This document shows positions 49,866-63,050 of a DNA stretch of 64,000 bases, piece after piece. Each line of letters opens with the position of its first letter. Within the stretch, counting starts at the first letter, position 1. The DNA comes from Haliotis rubra (lineage: Eukaryota), in assembly GCF_003918875.1 (NCBI RefSeq), contig NW_025766248.1, forward strand, positions 1 to 64,000, in the 5' to 3' direction. The notes below the pieces were generated by a model, which worked only from the letters and a program-made list of their open reading frames with translations, was not told where the DNA came from and searched no databases. Made by a program: the position numbers and the translations under genes.

Positions 49866-51244
49866 TGTAAACTGTGCATGGATGAAATAAACCACTTCAA
49901 AGTGTTGGTGATGTTGCGTAGCGTTGACAAGACGGCAGCAGCGTTGAGAGCGAATAACTGAATTATCACCTACTGTGATGGATTGCACATCCCACAACTG
50001 CTCAGCAGAACATTCCCATTTAATTAAATCCATATAAGGTGCACGGCTCTCGCGAGATCACGTCTGAGATGGTACTTTGTCTGACCGGATACGAGGCAAG
50101 CTCAAACACGAACATGACGAGCTGCCTCGTATTGTGTAAGACCACGATTAGACTGAAAGCAGGCTTTAAAAAATCCATACGAGGTACACTTCATCGTCGA
50201 CCTTTGGTGGCAAACGGAGGACATGAAGGTGATGGCCGTATCAAAGGGGAGATAATTCGATATCCAGGTCATTGAACTGTAAATGTCAGGCACGAAAAAA
50301 ACATGACAGTACGTGTCCCTGTTTTATTACATCATATTTGGCAGAACGCATAAACATGAATATAATGAAAAATGTATGAAAATATTAGGTATTTGGTTCA
50401 ACATATATATATCTGGAATTATTTTGGAAGCTGAGATTGATACCAGGACGACAGTGTGTACAGGTTAATTTACAAATACATTGAAACATCCATGTCAGGA
50501 AGGGCGGTTCTTATTCGATAACAGGAACATTTCTTTCCTATCAAAGTGTCAAAAGACCATTATATGATATCGATCGATGCACTTGTGAAATTACGTAGAA
50601 CACAGGAGCGAGCGTCTGGCCTTCCTGCATCATCTACAACAGCGATAAATCGCAACAACTACCAATGTGGTCGTGTTGATTCTAAATCATGCGAAGAGAG
50701 TATCGTCCCAAGGGAAACGGTTGAAAAGAGAAAAGAGCCCATTGCCAGTTGATTTAATGTTACCATGAAGTCCTAATCGAGTCCACAAGTCGATTGTATG
50801 TTATGGTAATCCAATTTTGTACTAAATGCATCAATACAACGAGCATTGATCAGAAACAAATGTTATATGATCAGCGCCTATATGGATCAAGAACCAAAAA
50901 TCAAAGAACGTTCTATAAGCAGGAATTACAGCCTTGTTCATTTCGACACAAGTTCCTTCCTGTATCTGCCTCCGAGTCCGTGGTGCAGTGGAGTTAGTGT
51001 CTGCTCGGACAGCTGAAAGTCCGTGGTTAGACCCCTGTCTACCTCCTGCAAAATACGTTAACCTATGGTATTTAGTGTTGCCTGCCTGGCAGTACTGTGC
51101 CTGTATTCAGTGTTAAACGGCATGCTATCTTCGTGGGCTAACACTATGAAACCAGAATAAATCCGGATTAAAATCAGAATAAATCAGCAAAAGCACGCAC
51201 ACGCTCGCACCCGCGCGCGTCCAGTCAAAAGACACAAAACCCCT

Positions 51245-51390
51245 ATCACCTCACCTCACCTTAACGCATTCCGCATTACCTTAGGTTGAGTGAAACGGCG
51301 TCACCTTACCTAACCCCTCATCCAACCCCAATCTCACCTCACCTCACTTCAACCCACCGCAACACCACCTACCGCACCCCTCACCTTCAC
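51245..51390. repeat. Degenerate (CCTCA)n pentanucleotide tract
   Basis: tcacctcacctcacct motifs at ~51246 and ~51333 in a C/A-rich stretch. Confidence 0.6.
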
Positions 51391-52794
51391 AAACTTCCCA
51401 CAGAAGCAAACATCTGATAACAAAGATGATTTGGTTTGTACCAGATCAGGTTGACTTCATGTTAGCATCGCTGACATATTATGCTAACGTTTGATTGAAG
51501 GCGTTGTAGTGTGGTGGACTCCGTTTTATTCCTCCCTGATCAATATACGACAACAAATATTTAAAAATAAACAAAAACAAAAACCGTTGATGAATCCTTG
51601 AATCCTAACAAGGATAAACATAGTATTATTACCATGATGCGTTTTTTCACCGAACAACCATTACAAGAAGCTGTCAGTACGATGGTATGGTTCCTTTCTT
51701 CTGAAACGTAGAATCATAATCAAACGAAATGCAGCAAGACCACGCGAAATTAGCAAGCACCACAATCATAACGGTTGATTAGGAAATAATGATTAGATGT
51801 GATGTGATTAGCACTCATCAGTGAGTTCCCTAGCAACACGTAATTTATATTTTAACAAACAGCCACGAACATGGTGAAAATAGAAAATATATTTATACAA
51901 GACCATGGACAAACATATTCCCCATGAACTCGTTCAGTTCACACCCAACACATGTATACTGGACAAAAATAGTTGTAATATATGTAAATTTTTGAAAATA
52001 TGAATAATAATATATTTATTCATTGACACACTGATAAAATATCAATCATAAACATACCAATATCCCTAACTTATTTTGTCCATTATATATACATGATAAC
52101 ATGATTGTGTGGTGCTGTAGTTGCAATGCCGTTTAGTGGAGAGAAGACAATGTAAGCTGGTTTTCGGATTCCTTTGCGCCTCGTCATCTTGCGCTAAAGC
52201 TTATATTGCGATATGAGAGACAAGGGTCCAGCGTAAGCCTGGTTTCAACTGGAGATTAGAATGCATTGAGACCGTCACGTGGAGATAAGACACACGAGGT
52301 TCCCCTTGATGAATTTTTCAATGAAATTTGTTATTTCTGCGTATTAAAGTGATATTTATGTTTTCTAGAAGAACGCACTGCGTGGAACAAAATTATATAA
52401 ACTCTGCTACGTTTATAAACTGCATATCAATTATACAATATTGCAATTGAACATCGCGCGTTTCTAAAACTTCATAAGAGGCATTTGAATTTCTAAAATG
52501 GTCTCCATGCTTAATTCCCATTCTATTGCATGTGTACAAAGGCTGTCCTGGAAAGAGTAGAATTACTTTGAGTTAAAATACCACCAAAGGGTTTTGCTAT
52601 ATATATATGCTATATATAAATAAGTCATCAAATTGCAAGTCAAACTCAAAGACTGGAAAATGAAAAAGTGTCACAGGGGTCTAAATATGGAACATTATTA
52701 CCTTTCCGCAAATATCAGATGTCAACAACCTTGATTGCGTGTGTCAGTGTGTTTTGTTACAACAGTTTAAAGCTGGTTTTGCTACATGGACAAG

Positions 52795-52940
52795 TGAAGT
52801 AGCCCAGTGGTAAAAGCGTTCACTCGTAACGAGTTCTATTCCCAGCATGGGTACATTGTGTAAAGCCCATTTCTGGAATCCCTGCTTGTATATTGTTTGT
52901 ATATTTTGATAAACGCGCCATAAAACCATCCTCGCTCACT
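52795..52940 (+). mobile_element. SINE family A (degraded)
   Basis: gtagcccagtggtaaaagcgttcactcgt...atgggtacattgtgtaaagcccatttctgg. Confidence 0.75.
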
Positions 52941-54577
52941 ACATTAATCAATTGATAAAACACATATTCATGGTTTTGCCAAATTAAGCACTTTCAAAAC
53001 TTGACATACTGTTTTTTACTTTACTGCTAATTCTGGTGACACGAACTTTTCAGATTAAAGAAAAACATCAAAATTTAACAACTCAACTCCCCATCTCTCA
53101 CAGGGCGACACATGGAATCTTGGCATGACACTCAATTAAATACAGGCAGTGTTTCAAATTGAAAGTTGAAATCTTCACTTTGTCACTATAAGTAGTTTCA
53201 CTGCTGACAGAACTCACACCAAGGAAAGCTATTTCCGTGCTACCGAATTTACATCGTTAAAACATGACGTGGAACGACAGACACTAAAAGCATTTGCCAC
53301 GAGCTACTAGACAGATGACGCAGTTATTGTTCAAGATGCTGGAGAAGTGAAAGGTAGCTTCCTCATTGTGTTGACTGGTCAACACGTGGGTGTCAGATTA
53401 TAGCACATTGTCACTTTACATCGTTGATTTGTTTTTCAGAGAGGTAGAGTTCAGGGTAAAATAGGAAATAATGTCCCTTAAGACATTCAAAGAGCGAATT
53501 GAGTTTTACGTGATATTTTTTGATAGTCCATCAATAACACATAATGAATTGGGCTTTATTGTGTTGTTTGAACTCAGGTCTTGGGCGTGACGAGCTAACG
53601 AGTTACCTGCTGAGCTATATCACTTCGATCTACAAATTAGAGAGTAAGAGGAAGCCAGTTCCAAACTTTGGTATTACCATAAATCGGCTGAATATTAACT
53701 GAACTCTTAAACGATTAAGCCGGTCCATGGTGATTGAGTCAGTAAGTGAGTGAGTGAGTGAGCCCGCCCACCCGATGCCTGTACTCTGAAGACCACATCT
53801 TGCTGACTACGAATAAACACAAACACCTAACGTTATTTTAAACAAGATGTAATCATCATTATTTAAGATTATTTTTAATATATCATATATAATAACATTA
53901 AATACATTCTATAATAACACCAGATGATCGGGTTTCACCTCAACTGTTGATATCTGTTCTTGATATCCGTAGATATCTTTTGATATCTATTTGAGATCTA
54001 TTGAAGCACTTCTCCTGCCAGCTCCAGTGGGCAGCTGAATACATCCACTGACCAATGATTACGGTCACCACACAACACTGGACTCTCGGGCACTGTAGCT
54101 GGACACTCTGAACTCAGTGGAAGGTCATCTTAGACTGACCAAACATTACATAGATGCTTTCGAACAACGGTCCGGAACATGAATTACTCCTTGTAATTGC
54201 AGGGTCAGTCCGCAGATGGTGGACAAGACACAACGACCATTCCCCGGGACGGTGGAGGTACCAGGGCAACTCTGGAGGGCTATGCCATGTCGCTGGAGCA
54301 ATGCTATAGGCAGCGAGATAAATGTCAGTTCAGCTGTCGTATTAACCTGATTTATCTGTAGCACTGTGTTCCTCGTGCAAACCTGCTCTGTCAGCTCTGC
54401 GCGCAGAGGAATGTTCCAGTGAACAGAACATGTTCTGTGTGAAGGATGGTTGGTAGAACTACGATCAAACACCATGCTATGAAAACCTGAATGAAAACAG
54501 GATTTTGTCTCAGTTGGATTCATGAAAACAATGAGTATGGCTGTGCTGCTCTGACACAACAGTAATGTGTCAGAGAT

Positions 54578-54748
54578 GAGTGAGTGAGTGAGGATGGTTT
54601 TGCGCCGCATTTTAGCAATATTCCAGCAATATCACGGCAGGAGACACCAGAAATGCTGCTGCTACACATAGTAAACATGTGTGGGAATCGAACCCAGGTC
54701 TTCGGCCTGACGAGCGAACGCTTTAACCACTAGGCTACTCCACCGCCC
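54578..54748 (-). mobile_element. tRNA-derived SINE family A, near full length, with likely TSD
   Basis: A-box-like TAGCCTAGTGG, B-box GGTTCGATTCC and (ACTC)n tail on the minus strand. Flanks gtgtcagagatga and gtggtagagatga. Confidence 0.9.
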
Positions 54749-54890
54749 GTGGTAGAGATGAAACGGTACTACAGGAATTTACACTAAATGAAGAATGTCT
54801 CATTTCTTTGTGTTCGTGGATCATATCTGACAATACTGAAATTAAACAATTAACTTAACTTGCAATACATTTTATCACATCAGTTGCAAA

Positions 54891-54994
54891 GTGATCAGCA
54901 AAGCCAGGGGAAATAGGCTTGACCGGCGTGATCAGCAAAGCCAGGGGAAATATGCTGACCAAGTGATCAACAAAGCCAGGGGAAATATGCTGAC
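54891..54994 (+). repeat. ~35-bp minisatellite x3
   Basis: gtgatca(g/a)caaagccagggga...tgacc repeated three times. Confidence 0.9.
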
Positions 54995-55109
54995 CATCCG
55001 AGGTTGTTTGCTGCCGCTATCAAAGATATTCAAGCTCTACTGCCGTCTACTAATGGCCATACCAGTGACTGAAACGACCAATCCGCACCATCGAGGTTAA
55101 TGATGACAT

Positions 55110-55263
55110 CAGTGAGTAACTGAGTATGTGTTTACGCCTCTTTTAGGAATAATCCAGCAATATCATGGGGTACCACAAATGACCTTTGTACCCATTTGGG
55201 GAATCGAGACCGGGTTTTCGTCCTGACGAGCGAACGCTTTTACCCTGCTTACTAGGCTACCCG
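55110..55263 (-). mobile_element. SINE family A (degraded)
   Basis: tttacgcc...ccagcaatatca...ggggaatcga...gacgagcgaacgcttt...ctaggctaccc. Confidence 0.75.
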
Positions 55264-55332
55264 ACTGAAATGGGGTTTACTCGTCTCAAAGGTTATTGTA
55301 CTTACAGTGCCGTGCATGTGCATGTGTATGTG

Positions 55333-55364
<32 letters not shown>

Positions 55365-55467
55365 TTCTATCCACTGCATTACGAAGCGATCCAACGACAC
55401 AATGGGATACCGTTACCCAAGTAACAAAACACGATCATCCGATCTTCAGTCGCATCTTAAGGCTAGA

Positions 55468-55703
55468 GACCCTTGAAGATCTTCAGTAACCCATCCTTGT
55501 CGTAAGAGGCGAGTAACGGGATCGGGTGGTCAGGCTCGCTGACTTGCTTGACACATGTCATGGGTTCCCAATTGCGTAGATCGATGCTCATGCTGTTGAT
55601 CATTGGATTGTCTGGTCAGATTGGGTATTTTTACAGACCGCCGCCATGTAGCTCGAATATTGCTGGGTGCGGCGTAGAACTAAACTCACTCACTCACTCA
55701 CTC
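55468..55703 (+). mobile_element. SINE family B, near full length
   Basis: gacccttgaagatcttcagtaacccatccttgtcgtaagaggcga...agaccgccgccatgtagctcgaatattgctgggtgcggcgtagaactaa(actc)n. Confidence 0.9.
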
Positions 55704-57101
55704 TTAGAAGTTTGGTGCTGTGGACCAATCATCGGGTCGTTAAGGGTCAGATATACAGTCAGTTCTGTATGTGCCGGATACTCAGCATAAGGTGTAGGGA
55801 ATCTAGATCTGGTATCACAGTACACTAATACTGTATTACTATCGTTATGATATACGTGTAAATACCTCAAATTACCTTCAACACGTAATTAAACAATGTT
55901 TTTTGGGGAAATTTTTGACTTTGTAGAAAGAATTGTTTCAGCAATAGCTGTTTGTCATACTGTCGGTTGAAAATGTATTGACCCGGAATATTTTGTTTCC
56001 AGATGTTTTTATGCATTCGGAGGCGAGGACAACATATATCTCTTTTATTGTTATAATGGAAACGACTTTCCATGGTAACCAGGTGGAATATCATGAATAT
56101 GAAACAAATATATCAAAATCTTGAACTAAAACACCATTATAGTTTATCATATCTATGTAAGATGAAAGTGACATCGAAACACTTTGAAGCAACAATACAT
56201 TGAAACATACCCTCATCACTGCTAACACCAGTGTTCATCACGAGAAAGACGAGTTAACACTACAGACTTGATGCAGTATAAACTGGATATTTCTCGTGGT
56301 AACGAGGCGTCAGTGCGCTCTGATGTTATCCAGGGATGCGGAGAATGAGATAGAGTAGGCCCTATCGTCTATGATAAAGGGCAATACAAGGCACCGTCAG
56401 GCGAAGGTAGTGGTTGGCAGCTTACAGCAGCGCCACTTTGAGGTATATTTCAGTTCATTTTAACCTGTCAAATCCGGAATCAGACTTCTACTGATCTCTG
56501 TTAATACTGGACCAATTTACGCTGCCAAATTTAGTACGTGTTTTCATCAGCAAGTAAATCTGCCTCATCACGACATCCGTCACTCCGGATGGGATCCGGA
56601 CATTGCAGGCAAAGGACCAATTTATTATGCAACTGACATTCCAGACTTTAAATGAACTTTTCAAATAGTTTACTCACACATCCGGAAAGCTGATCTCACT
56701 AATAAGCTTCCGTAAATGACTGGGTATTTCGAGAATGAACTCAACCAATTTGCGTAACAATACTCTCGGAAGTTCGACAATCTTTGGAAGTATATTCTGA
56801 CATACTCTTTGAGACAGGTATTTTCCTTAAAGGAACAGAGATATATTACTGTGGATAGTCGAGAAATGGTAAATACTAATCTAGATACTGTTGGTAGAAG
56901 TTGTGGAAGCCTCGTAAAAGAGAAATACTCAAACTGTGCCACAGCATCCTGTGATACTATAGTGAGTGGAGTGAGTTAAATTCAACGTCATTTCGGCAAT
57001 ATTCTGACCTTACCGTGACGAAAGAAAATTATACATAAGTATAGATATATTCAAAAGGTATAAAATCATGACGCTGGGATACTATAAAAAAAACACCATG
57101 A

Positions 57102-57181
57102 TAGATCTGATAGACAGCAGATCTGATAGGAAGCAGATCTGATAGACGGCAGGTCTGATAGACGGAAGATCTGATAGACGG
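57102..57181 (+). repeat. 16-bp minisatellite (AGATCTGATAGACGGC) x5
   Basis: Directly visible in the sequence. Confidence 0.9.
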
Positions 57182-58026
57182 CTCACTGGAAAGGTAGATG
57201 CTGATAATTCTCTCTACATAACAATAAATGTCAGCCAGCCATCGACACCACGTGTCAGTGCGTGCATATATTGTAACTGAGTCAGTGTTAATCTAATGAC
57301 ACGCGAGTTGATTATCTGTATCAGTGGCCACTCCTATTCAATTTTGAGTTTCTACTGATAATTAGGGAGCGGAAATACTTCAGGTGGTTACCTATTTAGA
57401 GAAACTGCTGAACGTTAGTGTTTGGATAACCAATTTTCCCCGAGGAATATCGGTTAACAGAAATCGAATCCAAAATAATTGATTGGTTGTTAGTTATGTT
57501 GAGTTTTCTCCCCTGGGAGCTGTTGACGATGTCTTTGTGTTAATGCTGCACTGTATGCGATGGTGTAGATGATGCGCAGGAGGGAGTAGCGTCTCCGGGG
57601 AAATACTTCCACACAGAAATCAACACTGGCTTGATACGTTATTTAGTCTAACTTCCACACACTGTTAACGTTGTACTTATAGTCCTTGGTAGATAGTGTC
57701 AGGAGTTATCTCCCCTGTTATTATTACGGATTCAGCAACACGGTACATGGAGAATCGGAAGGGGTCAGTGGCTCTGTTTGGGGGCAAATTTGCAAAGGGG
57801 TTAACGAATAGGAAATTAGCAATATTCCCTTTCTTGTTTTATTTCTTGAACGCCGCGGTAACATGTCTTAATTGGCGTGGCCTGGGGATCAACAACTGAT
57901 CACTATCCGAGCAGGGCAGCTCACAGTGTATTGAGGCATTCCACTGGAGTCATTACCATTCTTACAGTCGTCAGTAGGGACATTACACATGTGTTGGAAG
58001 ATTGGTCTTGTCCTCATTCATATGTG

Positions 58027-58293
58027 ACCCGTGAAGATCCGGGGTAGAAAATGTCTTCAGCAACCCATGCTTGCCACAAAAGGCGACTATGTTTGTCGTA
58101 AGAGGCGACTAACGGGATCGGGTGGTCAGGCTCGCTGACTTGGTTGACACATGTCATCGGTTCCCAATTGCGCAGATCGATGCTCATGCTGTTGATCACT
58201 GGGTTGTCTGGTACAGACTCGATTATTTACAGACCGCTGCCATATAGCTGGAATATTGCTGAGTGCGGCGTAAAAGTAAACTCACTCACTCAT
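58027..58293 (+). mobile_element. SINE family B, most complete copy
   Basis: gacccgtgaagatccggggtaga...cttcagcaacccatgcttgcc...gtcgtaagaggcgactaacgggatcgggtggtcagg...gctggaatattgctgagtgcggcgtaaaagtaa(actc)n. Flanks cattcatatg and cattcatatg suggest a TSD. Confidence 0.92.
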
Positions 58294-58652
58294 TCATATG
58301 TTTTCCTAATGCTTTCAAAAGAGTCCTCTGAGTTCTGCACCCAGTCACGTGTTGTGTAATATCGTCAAATTCAGGAGAACATAACTCTGTCTCAAGGACC
58401 GTTCCGATTTTGCACTCCGATCCGTTCTGTTGAAAAACCAAACCGGCTCAAATGTGGCTCACCTAATTAATGTTGACAAAATATGCCTGCATTAATTTTA
58501 TTAACGTTAAAAATAAGCCTATTAGTAATCAAATGACATCTAGTTTAACTGATATGTAAATATATGTAAATGATGCGGTATAAACGGAGATTTTGACACG
58601 CTGAAACTTAATCACAACTATGTTCAAGTTGGTAAATATTGATATAATAAAT

Positions 58653-58806
58653 AGGGCGATGGGATAGCCTTGTGGTTCGCTCGTCGCGCAGAAGACCCGA
58701 GTTCGATTCCCCAAATGGGTACTATGTGTGAAGCCCATTTCTATTGTCCCCGTAGTGATATTGCTGGATTATTGCTAAAGGAGGCGTAAAACAAAACTCA
58801 CTCACT
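58653..58806 (+). mobile_element. tRNA-derived SINE family A with likely TSD
   Basis: gggcgatgggatagcct...gagttcgattcccc...gtgaagcccatttc...ggcgtaaaacaaa(actc)n. Flanks atataataaatag and atatgataaatag. Confidence 0.9.
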
Positions 58807-59269
58807 AATATGATAAATAGCAATTGACAAATTCAGTTTCCGATCTGTTCTGATTTATATACAAAATATAGAATTATTGTCCTTCTGAGAGGGTACGTAA
58901 AGTCCCAGAAACATTCAAAGGAAATTTAAATTTACCAGTTGTTTTAAATGTAGTATTCTTGTCATTTTAATTTTGGCTAAATTTGACTTCAATCCCCAGC
59001 GGCTAAAGGGATGATATAAATCCAGCTAGGGTCCATGCAGGTAGCAAAAGTATTGTAAAATCCCCATGGTCCCTAATTTGGTGATCTACCTTGCAGTTGT
59101 TGGCGATATATAGCCAGCTTTTTATATTATATTGTCCAAATAGTGCTATTAGTTTTAACTTTCCACACTAGTTTTAGTTTAGTTGTAATTGTGATATTCT
59201 AGGTGTTTTACTGTCCTTCGTAGACAAGTTTTTATCATATACATATATTCCATTTCAGTGTCAAATATG

Positions 59270-59361
59270 TTCTCGTCACGATATGGCTGCGATATTGCTG
59301 ATGTGACGTTAAATATTAACTCACTCACTCACTCACTCACTCACTCACTCACTCACTCACT
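59270..59361 (+). mobile_element. 3' end of a SINE/LINE with a long (ACTC)n tail
   Basis: cgtcacgatatggctgcgatattgctgatgtgacgttaaatatta(actc)~10 is a variant of the tail shared by families A and B. Confidence 0.7.
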
Positions 59362-60491
59362 ATATACAAAATAGGTAGATGAGTTAATGTTGTTTAATGA
59401 CGCAACAAAAACGTATAAAAGTTCGATCAAACCAATGATCCCGACATACCAAATCAATAAATCTGACTTCCACTTCAATACGACAGGGATTCCATATTGA
59501 TACCCTTCTCCCCACAAGGTCAAAGAATGTAATTGCTTTGGATTTATGTTTGTAGCAGAACTGTAACATGTCCAATTTGTACGATTCTGTTACAGGCAAA
59601 CATAGTTTCACTTTTGTGTACACAGGGTTTCTTGAGCATAACTCTTGCACTGTTGAGCAAAAACGAACCCTTTAATGAAAAACACCACTTTAATCTGGTT
59701 TCGTTTCATGCCATCTTAATGTTTTCTAGAAATGCTGTTGAGGTTTTCTTATGCAACATGCATTTACAAAGGCTGAATCAGATGTTATTAGACTTTGTTA
59801 ATAGTGAAAATCAAATAAATGTCGCTACTGTGATTTTTCAGAAAATGAAGATAACTTATGGGAAGAAAGACCAACGATACTTGTCAGCTCATTCAAATAA
59901 TTGATTCTGATAAATTAGATGAAAATGTCAGAGCGACACATAAAAAATCTCATGGTGATTCACACAAGCTTCCTGCTTTGAACAAACTTTTGTTTTCTTG
60001 GCCATGTCTTTGAGTCACTACCAGAACAAATCTCATTACACTTGACATCAATGACATTCTAACAAATGTCTCTTTAATAACATTTTCTCATAGTCTAAAC
60101 CGACCGAACCTCTTTGAAGGTCACCTACAAACTCAAATTTGTAGTCCCGTTATGAGGAATAGGTCAGAAATGGGCAATATCACCGACGTCAAAGAACGAC
60201 ACCATGACGGAATTACAAATTCATGTTGACCTTCTGCCCGAACACCCGAACAAAGTCAGCACATGTTCAGTCACGTTTAATGTACATAAAAGTAGTAAAT
60301 ATAGTTTTGTTACTTTTCCTATATTTTTTGTTCGATAAACGTGCGAACCGTTCATGTGAAGAGATTAGCTGGTTAGACCCTGCTGTCAGACTGACACTTT
60401 CAACTTGCGGCATTCAAGCGATCAAGTACGGTGCCAGACTAATAGCTAGTCAAATAGAATTCAAGAACCCACGATTCTTTCATATTACTAG

Positions 60492-60662
60492 AGAGTGAAT
60501 GGAAGGTGTGGTTTTTATGCCGCTTTTCAACAATATTACCACAATATCCACAGCGGGCGACACCAGAAATGAGCTTCACACATTGCACCCACGTGGGGAA
60601 TTGAACCAGGGCCTTAGGCGTGACGAGCGAACGCTTTAACCACAAGGCTACCCACCACCACC
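60492..60662 (-). mobile_element. tRNA-derived SINE family A
   Basis: tttatgccgctttt...gacaccagaaatgagcttcacacattg...gtgacgagcgaacgctttaaccac. Confidence 0.88.
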
Positions 60663-61467
60663 CATATTTCTTTTGTCAATGTGACATACTAAAAAAGATG
60701 AAGAACACCCTATATTTCCATTATTGATATAGATTACATGTTTTTCAATATAAGAACTTAAAGAAAACCGATTCTTTCATAAAGAGATATGAAAGTCAAA
60801 GTTAAAGAACATGCGAATCTTTCATATTACCTTAATTAATATGTCATTGTAAGAAAGTTTCAGTTTATCTTATCTTGGACAAGATTTTCGTAACCTCCTA
60901 TTTCACTGAAACAACATTGATGTAGGACAGAGAGCATCATAACACAGGCTATTAGATGGAATGGTAAAGCATCATTGATTGAACTGGGAGTTGTACAGTC
61001 AGCTAATTGGGTTAGCTCAGCACGGCTTGGCGAGACATGTATGATGAATTAGTCCGCATCTATCAGAATACATCCCCATTAACCCTGTGACATGATTTAG
61101 GAATACATGGCAATATGAACGGTACGGATTGAAGAGTGAGATGTTCCTATTTGAAGTCCGAGCTTACTGGATTGGTCTCTGTTGACCGACATGGTTTGTA
61201 CACGTACGGTCAACATTCATATTTCTGTAATGGACACTGCCTTGATTCCACTCTGTTTTTTAGAACACTGTAAACTGCGTTATGAATAAAAAACGAACTC
61301 AAATGGACCACTAATTCTAGTTCGTCATAACAATAGTTCGTTATACTCATTTCGAATACAAAACACTTCTAGTTGCCAGGAAAAGAACCCAGTTCGTTAT
61401 AATCGTATTCGTAATAAATGTCCATCATGCTACCGTTATAACGAAGTCGAAGGGACCACTAAATTTA

Positions 61468-63050
61468 GTTCGTCATTACCGTCAGTTCGACATGCACATT
61501 TCTAATACTATATACCTCAAGTGGCGGGGAAAACAGTTCGTTATAACAGTCAGTTCGACATACACATTTGTAATACTATATACCTCAAGTGGCGGGAAAA
61601 TAGTTCGTTATAACCGTCAGTTCGACATGCACATTTCTAATACTATATACCTCAAGTGGCGGGTAAAACAGTTCGTTATAACCGTCAGTTCGACATACAC
61701 ATTTCTAATACTATATACCTCAAGTGGCGGGAAAAACAGGTTCGTTATAACCGTCAGTTCGACATGCACATTTCTAATACTATATACCCTCGAAGTGGCG
61801 GGTAAAACAGTTCGTTATAACCGTCAGTTCCACATGCACATTTCTAATACTATATACCTCAAGTGGCGGGAAAAACAGTTCGTTATAACAGTCAGTTCGA
61901 CATACACATTTCTAATACTATATACCTCAAGTGGTGGGGAAAACAGTTCGTTATAACAGTCAGTTCGACATACACATTTGTAATACTATATACCTCAAGT
62001 GGCGGGGAAAACAGTTCGTTTTAACCGTCAGTTCGATTATGCACATTTCTAATACTATAAACCTCAAGTGGCGGGAAAAACAGTTCGTTATAACCGTCAG
62101 TTCGACATGCACATTTCTAATACTATATACCTCAAGTGGCGGGTAAAACAGTTCGTTATAACCGTCAGTTCGACATGCACATTTCTAATACTATATACCT
62201 CAAGCGGCGGGGAAAACAGTTCGTTATAACTGTCAGTTCTACATGCACATTTCTAATACTATATACCTCAAGTGGCGGGAAAAACAGTTCGTTATAACCG
62301 TCAGTTCGACATACACATTTCTAATACTATATACCTCAAGTGGCGGGGAAAACAGTTCGTTATAACAGTCAGTTCCACATACACATTTCTAATACTATAT
62401 ACCTCAAGTGGCGGGAAAAACAGTTCGTTATAACCGTCAGTTCGACACCACATTTCTAATACTATATACCTCAAGTGGCGGAAATAGTTCGTTATAACCG
62501 TCAGTTCGACATGCACATTTCTAATACTATATACCTCAAGCGGCGGGGAAAAACAGTTCGTTATAACCGTCAGTTCGACATACACATTTCTAATACTATA
62601 TACCTCAAGTGGCGGGAAAACAGTTCGTTATAACCGTCAGTTCGACATATACATTTCTAATACTATATACCTCAAGTGGCGGGAAAACAGTTCGTTATAA
62701 CCGTCAATTCGACATACCCATTTCTAATACTATAAACCTCAAGTGGCGGGGAAAACAGTTCGTTATAACCGTCAGTTCGACATACACATTTCTAATACTA
62801 TATACCTCAAGTGGCGGGAAAACAGTTCGCTATAACCGTCAGTTCGACATACACATTTCTAATACTATATACCTCAAGTGGCGGGTAAAACAGTTCGTTA
62901 TAACCGTAGTTCGACATGCACATTTCTAATACTATATACCTTAAGTGGCGGGTAAAACAGTTCGCTATAACGGTAGTTCGACATACACATTTCTAATACT
63001 ATATACCTTAAGTGGCGGGTAAAACAGTTCGTTATAACCGTCAGTTCGTT
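61468..63050 (+). repeat. ~68-bp tandem satellite, roughly 23 copies
   Basis: Unit CAGTTCGTTATAACCGTCAGTTCGACATRCACATTTCTAATACTATATACCTCAAGTGGCGGGDAAAA. Confidence 0.97.

Noticed and set aside
54680-54748. tRNA genes
   Set aside because: A- and B-box-like motifs belong to SINE heads that continue into a shared body and (ACTC)n tail; no complete cloverleaf.
61468-63050. CRISPR array
   Set aside because: Units are repeated along their whole length with no unique spacers, there are no cas genes, and the context is eukaryotic.
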